From Chrysomallon squamiferum (Eukaryota > Animalia > Mollusca), in assembly GCA_012295275.1 (NCBI GenBank), contig CM022679.1:27280001-27344000 (forward strand): a stretch of DNA of 64,000 nt. The letters run 5' to 3'. Below, piece after piece: positions 12,721 to 25,271 of this stretch; positions within the stretch are counted from its first letter, which is position 1; the number at the start of each line of letters is the position of its first letter. The notes below the pieces were generated by a model. The model saw nothing but the letters and a program-made list of their open reading frames with translations, searched no databases and was not told the origin of the DNA. The position numbers and the translations under genes are program-made.

Positions 12721-15395
12721 CACGTATGTAAAGAAGAGGTGTTCTTAACAAGGGGTCGTCTCAAAACCTATTTATTACATTCCCAATTAGTTTTTGCTTA
12801 TGCGGTAAAAGCAGAATTTTTTTTTTTTTTTTTTAATCATTTACATTTATATATATTATTATATTTCTTTTTATTTTACATTTTCCACAAATTCATTCAT
12901 ATTTTTAAATAAGGAAAATTAGAGAGAAAAAAAAACCCCACAAAAATAAATCCTAAAATATTTGTGTATATTTATTTATTTATGTAATTTTATGCATGTG
13001 TTTTGGTTTATCTACTTTCAAAACTCCCCGTTACACATTGTAAAAGATTAACCTTTCTTTGAAAACGTTACAGTTAGGTGTTTGTTGAAGGACAAACCAT
13101 AATTACATCTGACGTGTATTATCACTTCTCGAAGAAATTTTATTTTTCATGATTCTCGAGGAACTGCGAAAAGACCTTGAACTTCACGCTTTATCTTATC
13201 CTCGCACCAGCTCGTTATTTTGATCGATGAACTGAACCCAATTGTCAGTCGGTTTTTATATTTCGATTTTTTTTGTGTTTTTTTTTTTTTTTTTTTTTTT
13301 TTTTTTGTTATTTACATAATAATTCGTTCGTTGTTGTTTTTGTTGGGTTTTCCCACCTCGCTGTTGCTGTCGAAAGGTCAGGCTGTGTTGACCTGTGACG
13401 AAACGGGTCTTTCCAGACAGTTATGCATAATGTATCCTCTATCATCGGCTAAAGTATTAAAAAAAATAATTTAAAAAACCCCACTTTAATCCTTTCGGGA
13501 AGAAATGACGATGTGTGAAACAAGGAAACAGAAAATACGAAATCTTTGGGGAGGTGGTCTCTCTCTTTCTTTTTTTTATTAAATCTGATTTTAATTTTCT
13601 ACTGTATCATTTGCAAGACGTTTATGATAGCTGGTGCATGTGTCAGCATGATTTGTTTTTTTTTTTTTTTAGTATTTATTTTTGTTTCCTGAGAAATATA
13701 ATTTCGCGTAAAAAAACGTGACATGTCTAATCTAATTACTTCAGTGTTAATCTTAGGCAGCAGATAAACTTAATAAAACTGACATATATAAATAAAAAAA
13801 TAAAAAAAAATACGATAAGATAAAATAATAACAAAAATAAATACTAATCACTGAACGATAATACGAACATTCCTAAATTTTCTTTATTCTTTTGCATCAA
13901 ATAAATAAATTATATAAATAAATAAATAAATAAATAAATAAATATTAAGTAGGAAATTTATTGCATCAGTAGTAAATAAATTATAAATTGATTAATTTAG
14001 CTAAATCAATTTACTTAATACTTAGCGAATGCATTTTTGTAATGGAAAATTTCTGTCGTGTCTGTCACCCAAAAGTACAAACAATAAATACACAGTTAGT
14101 TTGCGAAAAAAATAATAATATAGTAAATCTTGATTAATGAACAATATCTTCCCGGAGAATAGAAACTAGAGCATGAAAAAAACAGTATTGTCTTTCATAT
14201 TCACCTTGCTTGTTTTTAGTATGAAGTGTGTAGTTATTATTATAGAAATACCAGTACAGAGGTAACATCGAGAAACGGTTTTCTGAAGAACTGCGAGTTT
14301 CTCGTAAAGTACGTGACTTACTAAGCGTGTATGCTGCTTCTTTTGTTTATTTTAATAACTTTACATATAATACTCGATGAATCATTTACTTATTTCAGGT
14401 ACACGATTAATAATATTTGTTGTCAAGTCAGTATAATTACATTCTTCTAGAAGATAGGTTTTCAACACGGGGGTCGCGGGATCGTTCTTGAGTTACCGTA
14501 ATTTCACCGCCTTTACTGACCATATGTCGCGGTCAGTCTGAAAAATGACCCAGAATGTTCAGGACAACCAGTCAGTCAGTCACCCAACACTGTTCCACTG
14601 TTCACTGGGAACGCGTGCAGACAGCAAATTAACAGCGAAAAATCTGTGTTTGGAGATAGACTTTTGGACTCGTCAGAGCATAAAATGCCTAACAGATTTG
14701 GAAGGAGGAATAAATAAAAACGTGCAGATAGGTTTTTGGGACCCGTCACAGTGAATATCAATGCCTTTTTTTTGTTGTTGTCTTTGGTTGATGAAAACCC
14801 TAGATATTATTGAAACAAATTTTTTAAAGGGGGTCGGTCATATTGAGTTACTCATTAGGGGTCGCGGTATGAAAAAGCTTGAAAAGCAGTGTTCTAGACT
14901 GTCCATATTTAAAATTATTATTATTGTTGTTATTCATTTTTGAGACGTTATTATGTGAATAATGTATGCAGTATGCGTGCCAGTATACTTGTATAACTCA
15001 GAATTTCTCGAAAAATTGTCATTTCATCTAAAATCATGTGATGTGAACGCGATGAAGTTTGTTATCTGACCTGCACAAAAATGTAATTACAAACATACAT
15101 CCATACATATCTGTTTTCGTTTACCACTGTTTATTATTTTACATTTTAAAAACATATTATACAAATATAAAAGGAATAACCAGGACGACATGGTTGTTAA
15201 TATATGTCTTTATTTTATTTTTACTATTTTAGTACACGCACTTATGTTCAGTATATATATATATATACTAGTTCAGACAATCTGCAGTTGAAATTCATGA
15301 TATTATTATCCATTTTTAATTGGAAAAGGATTGAGTAGTTCTGGGAAACAACTAGAGCACTCATGTAATACGTGTTAATAATAATAATAATACTG

Positions 15396-15443
<48 letters not shown>

Positions 15444-15535
15444 TATTAAGATGAAAAAGAAGAAGAAGAAGAACGAAACAGTGACGTTCAATTACAAAAA
15501 TATTTAAAAAAAAAAATGTTTTCGTTTACAGTTTT

Positions 15536-15940
15536 TTAAATTATACAACAACTCCAGCCCCTGACCGAGTGAGACTGCGCACTGCTGTACGCGCCACTTC
15601 CGGAAGACGAGTATGCTGCTGAACTAGCGGCAGGAACGTTTCCCGAAGCTGCATATGGCGGACCGGATGCTGAAGGTGGCTGACCCCACGTGTACACGCG
15701 GCTGGGATCAGCAGACGAATGGTACGTGCCAAACGTTCCCTCCGGACCTGACGTCATCGTCGAACTCTGGAAGTGGCCGCCTGAACCCGATGTGGTCGAG
15801 GATGATGAAGCCCACGGCCATCCCCACGAAAACCAGCCTCGCTTACTTGGTGAACCTGCGTAGGAACTAGATGCAGCCGAACCACCGCTGGCGTGACTCT
15901 GCGCGCCTCCTGCTCCCGAGTATGAATATGATGACGACAT
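15536..15940 (-). CDS. Ser/Gly/Ala-rich 134-aa protein with a Trp-rich patch and C-terminal CaaX (CCII)
   Basis: GC-rich, non-microsatellite ORF MSSSYSYSGAGG...RGWFSWGWPW...TMTSGPEGTFGTYHSS...GWSCCII*. Start context aaaATG. Acceptor at 16006-16007 and non-coding exon donor G|GTAAGT at 16566. Paralogous to 30786-31298. Confidence 0.8.
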   Translation of the reverse strand: MSSSYSYSGAGGAQSHASGGSAASSSYAGSPSKRGWFSWGWPWASSSSTTSGSGGHFQSSTMTSGPEGTFGTYHSSADPSRVYTWGQPPSASGPPYAASGNVPAASSAAYSSSGSGAYSSAQSHSVRGWSCCII

Positions 15941-16565
15941 TTTATCCCGCCTTTTTTTTTTTTTTTTTTTTCCTTTTTGTAGATTTCCTCAGGAGTTTAT
16001 GGGACCTGACAAAATAAATTTATTTTTACATTTTAATTTAATTCAGTGTAATTCAGTTCAGTTCAATTTTTTTCTATCGTTTTCTGTCTCGTTCTATTGT
16101 GTTGTTGTTGTTGCTGTTGTTGTTATTTTTATTTGTTATTGGTTGCCTTATCTTCATTACAGTGATCGAAATTTACTATTAGTTTTTGTAAGTTTATAAA
16201 TTTAATAAAATATATGTACAATTATGTTTTTTAACCGACAAAATATTCCCTCAGATTGAAAACTTAATAAACAATATGTATCACAACTAAACAATATATA
16301 CTGTATTACTGCTAAAGAAGACGATATTCCTACTACTACCACTACTACAACTACTGCTACTACTACAACTGAAACTATTGTGATAATCAGCGTCATCATT
16401 ATCATCAACGTTGTTGTTGTTGTTGTTATAATGAGAAAATAAAATAAATGGAAAAATATAGTTTATGCGAATATGCAAATAAGAGTCATCCATATTCAAG
16501 AAATACAACTACAACAACGACCATAACAGCAAAATCACAGTCCTCTAAAGATTTAATAAACTTAC

Positions 16566-17195
16566 CAGCTCGGTATAATGTCAGTTATCCTCGGTGAGAT
16601 CAGAGTAAATAACCACGTTTCAAACGTCTACAACGGAAGCCATAGACAGCTGATATAAAATGCAACAAGAGGTATTTATTATACAAACTGGATTGGTGCG
16701 TTCGGCTTCATTAAGATTACCGTTATGTAAAAGGTATGGTCGGTCATTGGAGTCATATTTTAGTTTTAAAGCCGTACGTTTCCAAACATCTGACACACGC
16801 ACACACGCACGCACATACACACACACACACATGGATACATACATACATACATACATACATACATACATACATACAGCAACAATTAGTAGACAATAAAATT
16901 TAATTAATTAAAAATAGTATATAAACATTTGAAGAACACGAAAACAAACACAGAAATATGACCGGATTGGCCAACCGTAAAACACATTGAAGTCAATAAC
17001 ATGACTAAGGGAAACAACTGGAAAATTCATTCTCGGGAAATAAGACAAAGTAAACAGAATTTGTAAGGTGAGTAGAAATTCTCGAGAAATGGTTTGCTAA
17101 GAAGACAGTTAAGAGAGAGTGTTGTATCTGGTTATTTGCTGTCGACTCCTGACAAAATCAGACGTGTGTACATATACGTAGCATTACTTACACAG
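16566..17195. promoter_or_regulatory. Bidirectional promoter and non-coding first exons of the CaaX gene (-) and poly-Ser gene copy 1 (+)
   Basis: Divergent donors at 16566 (-) and 17195 (+, CAG|GTAAGA). TTCTCGGGAA at 17030-17039 and TTCTCGAGAA at 17079-17088. The right part is conserved upstream of copies 2 and 3. Confidence 0.55.
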
Positions 17196-17375
17196 GTAAG
17201 AAAGACAGCATTACTGTTAACATTTTAAATGTTTAAAGTAAATATTAAGTTAAATAAATAAATAAATACATAAAATAAAAATCATGGATTAATAAGTTCA
17301 TGTCTATTTTTATTATTTATTTTTATATTTTTTTTACTTATTATTATTTTTTTTTTTTTTTCTTCTAATTTTAGT

Positions 17376-17418
<43 letters not shown>

Positions 17419-17438
17419 TTTTGACAGACACAAACAAA

Positions 17439-18249
17439 ATGAGTAGCTCATCATCCTCATCATCCTCGTCTAGCTCTAGCGGAGGTTGTTCATCATCATC
17501 ATCATCATCATCTTCCTCCAGCGGAGGTTGCTCATCATCATCATCGTCGTCGTCATCCTCCTCGAATTCAGACTGTGTGCTTCAGGTAAGTTTACGTTTT
17601 ATATATGAGAGATAGTTCTGTGTATACAACCAGATTTTCCCACGCATTCACACATACACACACAATTCCACGCTCACAGACACACACGCACACACACACA
17701 CAACACACATTCATAACACTTTACAAGCATACACACGCACGCACACATAAATACATGTACGTGCGGAAAATTTGTTGCTTAATATTTTTAATTATTTGTC
17801 CTTTTGTTTTCTTTTTTCTTTTTTTTAAATTTAGTTTTCTGATGAAAGGTAAGATTTTCTTGTTTTGTTTTCTTCTTTATTAAGAAAAACAACCTCTCAT
17901 TAAATATATAATTCAAATAAAATCGATAATAATGATTTGAAAACGTACAAAAACAATAACAAACAAATATTTTAAATTAAAATAATTTTTATTTTATTTT
18001 ATTTTTATTTATTTATTTATTTATTTTGTTGTTGTTGTTGATTACAATATTTCTGATAACATTTTTTTGGAAATTTACTTTTGGACTTACTTTTTACGTA
18101 ATAAAATTAATTATGAAATTATAAACAAACACAACTCAGAAAATATTTTTAATTGTTTTTTTTTTTTTTGTTTTTTGTAGTATCTATATTTCTGACGTGG
18201 TGACAGTCAGTGGTATGGCCGTAAGATAAAATTTCAAGGTGAGTGAAAA

Positions 18250-18297
<48 letters not shown>

Positions 18298-18526
18298 TAA
18301 AGGTCACCACATTGTTATTTTTAAGAAATTTGGTGTATTTTTAAATTTAAATCTAAAATTTTATGATACTAAATATTTTATTTAAACTGTAAATATGTTT
18401 AAAAAAAACATTTTTTCTTTCTTCTTTTTCTTTTCTATTTTTTTTTCTTTTTTAATTAATCCTTTCTTTTTCTTTTTCTTTTTTTTTCAGACAAATTTTC
18501 AAGCAGAATTTTATCCTCTTTGCTGA
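17439..18526 (+). CDS. Poly-serine microprotein copy 1 (69 aa to a premature TAA, or 78 aa using an alternative donor)
   Basis: Exons 17439-17585, 17835-17848 (14-nt microexon), 18181-18238 (or ending at 18220) and 18491-18526. Reads MSSS...GGC...SDCVLQ FSDESIYISDVVTVSGMAVR*, and the downstream frame gives TNFQAEFYPLC*. Ser is encoded by mixed AGT/AGC/TCA/TCC/TCG/TCT codons. Exon structure matches copy 2. Confidence 0.7.
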
Positions 18527-18856
18527 ACGAAATCCTGTAACAAAGAAAAAAACCCATTCTACTTAAATTTTATTAACACGAAGTGACTGTTATCTTAAAA
18601 CGAAGCTGTGATTTTCTTAACATGTTTTATTTGCTGTGATATTTCAACGATGCATTAAATGTTTTGGATTAAAAAAAAAATGATAATAATAATAAATACA
18701 TAAAGTAAAAAAAAAAAGTAAATAAATAAAAATAAAAATGGACTGAATTGTTGTATTTTGTTTTTCATTCTCTCATTTTTGAATATCTTTAATTTTTTTC
18801 CTCTCTTTTTCTCTCACTTTCTGTTCGTCTCTTCTTTCTGTCTCTCCTGTTTTGTT

Positions 18857-18933
<77 letters not shown>

Positions 18934-19399
18934 CTCACTGTTGTTATTGTTGTTGTTATGAACTGTTATTCCATCAGTTCTTTAAATTACTTTTTCCTTT
19001 TCAATTAAGAACAGACGATAATATCTTGAATTTATGGATCTTAGTAAACCTTTCTCTTATCTGTTTGTACCGCGCTACATAAGATCAAAACGTTTTAAAA
19101 CTAACGTTATGGTTTGTGGTTTGTTGTATATACAAAACACCTCTGATGTCACAGGTCATCGTAATCTGATCTTCTTACGATGACAATACTATTACTGTTT
19201 CTGTGCCTGTTTTCGGTTATTTTATTTATCGATTATCATTTATTTATTTATTTATTTATTTATCTATTATTTGTTTGTTTATTTATTTTTAACAATTATG
19301 TTTTAACTTACTCTCACACCACCTTGTTATTTTATTTTCTGATTAGAATAAAAACAATAAAAGTATAATATATATATATATATATAAGAAAGAGGAAAG

Positions 19400-21555
19400 A
19401 GAAAGAAGGAAGCAATTGTTGTCGAAAGGTCAGACTGCAGTGACCTGTGAGCTTTACAGGTATTTCCAGGAAATTACTTGTAATATATTCTCAAGGACGG
19501 CCTAAAATATAAAAATTAAAAAATCAATAAAAAGATTTCAGTTCTTTCCTGAAGAAATTACGACGGGTGAGAAATAAGGAAGTTGAAAGCACGAAACGTT
19601 TGGGAATTATTATTATTATTAAAATTATTATTATTATTTTCAGACCACGATGACCTGTGTTGTAATGAAAAGAAGCAGACGGCTATTTACATAAATGTAC
19701 TAGTTTCTGAAAACCTGTTTAAAACTGAAACAAGTGTACACTCACTATATTTCACTTGTTCTTTTTTTTTAATTATAACTAAATAAATAAATTAATTAAT
19801 AAATAAATAAAATTTAGGTAGAAATTAATTGTTTCAGCTGTAAATAGCAATGACAGAATAGTTATACAAAATTAGTTAACACTTTAATATTATGAAGTCT
19901 AGATTCTTTTTTGAATGAATTGTTGAATTTCCATCATATATTTTTAAAGTTTTAATATTTGCATACTGCTATGTAATATTAACATACAAACAAACAAAAG
20001 AACAAACATAAACAAACAAACAAACAAATAAATAAATAAAATTGTGAAACACACATACGATATTGCTTTTTTATAGTGTATTTGAAAAAAATAATTTAAA
20101 AAGAGAAATCTAAATATAAATAGAATAACCAGAAAGACATAGTTATTTATATTTTGTAATATTTTAAATATGTTCAAAATTAATGAATTTAAATTCAGTA
20201 TATTATAAAGCCTACTGCTATTTCAGATTATCAGTAGTTGAAATTCGTGATATTATTTTCTGTTCTTAATTCCAGAGAACTGAGTTGTTCAGGAAAGTAT
20301 CTAAAGCACTTATTTATGTAGCAACAACAACAGCATGAAAAAGAAAAGAAAAAACAAAACAGAGCGAGAAAGAAAGATTCATAAAATCTGACACACGTAA
20401 CAAAAATCACGCACACACAGACACACACGTACGCACACGCAGACACACTCACACACACATATAGACACACAAACACACTCACACAGACACACACACACAC
20501 TCACACACACACATACATACACACACATATGTATATATAATTAGAGAGACTGACAGACAGACAGATAGATAGACAAATATATATTCATATTTTTCTGCAT
20601 AGATGCACGTACGTTTATAAAGGAATATATATCGCATGTGTAATCCATTTATTAACGTCTATTTGTATGCAGATACATATAAATATGCACAGATAATACA
20701 TACATACATACATACATACATACACACATACATATATACATACATACGTACGTACATACATACATACATACAGTAAAAATTAATGGGCAATAAAATATAT
20801 TTAACTGAAATAATATACTGACATATGAAGATAACGAAAACAAATGAACGGAGGTTAAAAAACTTGGCCAACCGTAATGTAATGTAATGACGTGAACAAC
20901 ATGACTAAGGGGAAAAACCAGAAAATATATTCTCGGAAAATACGACACTGCAAAAAGAGCTTGTAAGGTGACCTGAGATCCTGGAGAAATGTTTTCTGAA
21001 AATCGACGAAGACAGAGACTGTTGTAGCTGGTTATTTGCTGTCGGCTCCTGACGTGGACGAGACGTGTTTGTAGTTAGCAGCACTAACACAGGTAAGAAC
21101 CACAGTATTACTGTTTTAAAAGTTTAAAGTGAATATTAAGTTAAATGAAATGAAATGAAATGAAATAAAATAAAATAAAATAAAATAAAATAAAATAATG
21201 TATATCTGTTATTATTTCTGTTTTCAAATTTTATTTATTTATTTATTTATTTGTTTGTTTGTTTATTTTGACAGACACAAACAAAATGAGTAGCTCATCA
21301 TCCTCGTCCTCGTCATCCTCGTCGAGCTCTAGCGGGGGTTCTTCATCATCGTCGTCGTCATCATCTTCGTCATCATCCTCTTCTTCAGGCTGTGTTCTTC
21401 AGGTAAGTCTGCATTCAGAGACAGTTCTGTCTAGATTTCCATATACACCCACCCACACATACACACACACACACACAATTATACACACACACACCCACGG
21501 AATTAAACACACACAAACTCACACATATTCATAACACCTCACAAACCTACACACG

Positions 21556-21593
<38 letters not shown>

Positions 21594-21741
21594 TATACAC
21601 ACACACACCCACAGAATTAAACACACACAAACTCACACATATTCATAACACCTCACACACCTACACACGCACGCACACACACACACACACACACACGTAC
21701 ATGTAGGTGCAGCGTATTTTGTGATTTAATATTTTTAATTA

Positions 21742-21772
<31 letters not shown>

Positions 21773-22216
21773 CATTTAGTATTATGAAGAGAGGTAAGTT
21801 TTTCTTGTTTACTTTTCTTTAAAAAAAACAACAAAAAACCAACAAAAAAAAAACCTCTCCGATAAATATATAATTCAAAGAAAATCATATCAGCAATAAT
21901 GATTTTAAAACGTACAAAAAGAATAACAAACAAATACTTTAAATTAATATAAACTTTATTTTATTTATTTATTTTTGCTGTTGTTGTTGTTGATTAAATG
22001 TTTCTGATAACATACCTGAAAGTTACATTTTGGACTTACTTTTGACGTAATAAAATTAATTAAGAAATTATAAACAAACACAACTCAGAAAATGTTTTAA
22101 AACTTTTTTTTTTTTTTTTTCAGGATCTGTCGTTTTGATGACGTGGTGACAGTCAGCGGTGTGGCCGTCATGGAAAATGTCAAGGTGAGTGAAATTATTA
22201 TTATTATTATTATTAT

Positions 22217-22247
<31 letters not shown>

Positions 22248-22395
22248 GTCATGACATTGTTATTTTTTTAACTAATTTGGTATATTATTCAATTTCAAGT
22301 CGAAAAGTTTACGATACTAAATAGTTTATTTAAACTGTAAATATGTATTATTATTTGTACTGATTTCATTTCCTGTCAAAAAAAACATTTCTTTC

Positions 22396-22443
<48 letters not shown>

Positions 22444-22583
22444 CAGAGAAATGTTCAAGCCGAATTTTTTCCTCTTCGCTGAATGAAATCCTGAAACAAA
22501 GGAAAAAAACCATTCTACTTAAATTTTATTAGCAAGAACTGTTACCTTAAAACGAAGCTGTGATTTTCTTAACATGATCAAAA

Positions 22584-22634
<51 letters not shown>

Positions 22635-22785
22635 ACAAATAAATAAATAAATAAGAAGTAATAAAAATTAACTATATAACTGAATTTGTATTTTGTCTTT
22701 CATTATCTCTCATTTTTATTTATCTTTGTCTTTTTCCGTCTCTCTTTTTGTCTCACTTTTTGTTCGTCTCTCTCTTTCTCTCTCT

Positions 22786-22859
<74 letters not shown>

Positions 22860-23100
22860 CTCGCTCTGTTGTTGTTGTTGCAACAACAGTTAATGCATTA
22901 GTTCTTTAAATTAAGAACAGACGATAATATCTTGAATTTGTGGATCTTAGTTATGGTTAGTGGTTTGCATACAAAACACCTCTGATGTCACAGGTCATCG
23001 TAATCTGATCTTCTAAAGTTAACAATACTACAACTGTTTCTGTGCCAGTTTTGGTTTAATTTGTTTATTGATTAACATTTATTTATTTATTTATTTATAA
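19400..23100 (+). repeat. Segmental duplicate of ~13350-19250 with internal deletions
   Basis: Colinear matches: 19421~13370, 20220-20310~15270-15365, 20860-21150~16960-17260, 22860-23050~18930-19220. Confidence 0.8.
21286..22482 (+). CDS. Poly-serine microprotein copy 2, 75 aa, intact
   Basis: Non-coding exon donor at 21092. Coding exons 21286-21402, 21780-21793 (14 nt), 22124-22184 and 22447-22482 give MS(n)GGS(n)GCVLQYYEERICRFDDVVTVSGVAVMENVKRNVQAEFFPLR*. Synonymous differences from copy 1 include GTG/GTT, AGT/AGC and GCA/GCC. Confidence 0.75.
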
Positions 23101-23103
23101 TGT

Positions 23104-23142
<39 letters not shown>

Positions 23143-23359
23143 TAACCGTATCTGATGTGTAAGATTATTTCTTAAAAACCTGTTTCTCTCCCCCACCACT
23201 TGGTGCTTAACAACAAGAATAATAATAATAATAATAAATACCTAACTAAATAAATACATAATAAAATAAAATAAAATAAAATAAAATAAAATAAAATAAA
23301 ATAAAATAAATAAATAAATAAATAAATACAATTAAACAAAAATAATAATAATAATAATA

Positions 23360-23366
23360 TTACCAA

Positions 23367-23404
<38 letters not shown>

Positions 23405-23551
23405 CGATGACGATGAGCCACCTCTAGAACTTGAAGAAGACGACGATGATGACGATGATCCGCCACTAGAACTGGAAGAAGACGATGATGATGATGATGA
23501 TGATCCAGCACTGGAACTTGAAGACGATGATGACGAAGATGAACTAAACAT
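23360..23551 (-). CDS. Poly-serine microprotein copy 3 (inverted), ~63 aa; 3' end uncertain
   Basis: aaaATG followed by MFSSSS...AG...GG...RGG...SSW* with mixed Ser codons. The upstream non-coding exon (donor CAG|GTAAGA at 23832) and promoter are homologous to copies 1 and 2. A possible splice TG|gtaata to 23205 would give ...SSCTKWWGRETGF*. Confidence 0.6.
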
Positions 23552-23578
23552 TTTGACTGTGTCTCCCAAAAAAAGAAA

Positions 23579-23631
<53 letters not shown>

Positions 23632-23655
23632 TAACAGTAACAATAAATAAACGAA

Positions 23656-23690
<35 letters not shown>

Positions 23691-24219
23691 AATAAACAAC
23701 TAAATAAAAACAAAAAGAAGAAAATAGACACGCATCTGTCAACTGATGATTTTTTTTTTTTATTTATTTATTTATTTATTTAACTTAATATTCACATTGT
23801 AAAACGTTAACAAAAATACTTTGATTCTTACCTGTATAAGTGCTCCTATGTATATACACGTCTGTTCTGTGTCAGTAATCTAGAGCTAATAACTTAAGTT
23901 ATTATTATCTCCCTTCTTCCTTTTGTTCAAGAAAATTTCTCGTGAATTTCCAGTCGGCTAACATTTCATTTCTTGGAAGCTCATTTTCCCGAGCAATAAA
24001 CATTTCTAGTTGTCTCCCTTTGTCATGTTAACGTAAGTGTTAATATAATTATTACTGACTAGTCAGACCAGTATGTATATATCAATCTATGTATTAATGT
24101 ATCTGTGTGTGTGTGTGTGTGTGTGTTGTGTGTGTGTTGCTGTATACTATTCCTAGAAATCTTGAAGTATACAAGTACATTGACTCGTAAATACATACAT
24201 TATACTAATAATAACGTAA

Positions 24220-24265
<46 letters not shown>

Positions 24266-24499
24266 TCTTTATAGCCCACTCCCTTTCATTTCTCCATTAA
24301 CAAAAAATTAATAATAATAAAAATAAAAAAAATAATTTTAAAGATCCCTGTTGCATGGGAATTTTTAACACAAACAAAAAAATAATCTTCTTTTTTTTTC
24401 TCTCCAGATATTAACTATATTGTTAGCATCAATCAAAAATTACTACACATAAACCTTTTTTTCGGGGGGTGGGAGTTTGGGTTGGGCGGGGATATTAAT

Positions 24500-25214
24500 G
24501 AGATGAAATAAAATAAAATAAAAAAGATAACGAAACAGCCATAGTTTTTATTCAGTCATAGTTTTTATTTGAGAATCTTCAGTGTTAATAGGGATTTATT
24601 TATTTCTGTATTTCTGCTTTTTTTGTTTGCAACACAGCTCTGACGTCACAGGTCTGACATTCCTATCACAGCAACAATATTATTATTCCTCTGCCTGTTT
24701 TGGTCTAATTTATCTATCGATTAATATTTATATTTATTTTAATTTATTTTTTATTTTTATTTTAATTTATTAATTTATTTGTATTTTATTAGCTTTCTTC
24801 AGTTTATCTGCTGCATGAGATAACAAACTAGGACATGCTGAAATCAGGTGGGGTTAGACGTGTCACGTGATGTACACGAGGTAACATTTCTCAGGAAGCA
24901 GAACCGAGTAGTAATATCACACTGACATATGAAACCATGACTACACACATTATTCAATTGTCAAAGCAGAAATTTTAAAATCAGATTTAATACAAAGAAC
25001 ACAATGATTTCGTATTTTCTGTTTCCTTATCTCTAACATTTCGTCATTTCTTCAGGAACTATATAAATACGGGTTTGTTTAGAAGTCCAAATGTGGAACT
25101 GATTACCATTGCGTGCAGTTTATCGATAAAAATAACGAGTTCGTGTGAGGGTAATACAAAACCTGCTAGAATCTTTTTTAAATTTTATTTTATTATTTTT
25201 CTTAGGGGGAGATT

Positions 25215-25271
<57 letters not shown>

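Noticed and set aside
15541-15870. Alternative-frame and antisense ORFs over the GC-rich exons (also 33826-34089, 37594-37803, 58266-58521)
   Set aside because: They are shadows of the real coding frames and lack paralogue conservation.
17574-17585. CVLQ as a C-terminal CaaX box in the poly-Ser proteins
   Set aside because: It is followed by a splice donor, and no downstream acceptor I found places a stop directly after it.
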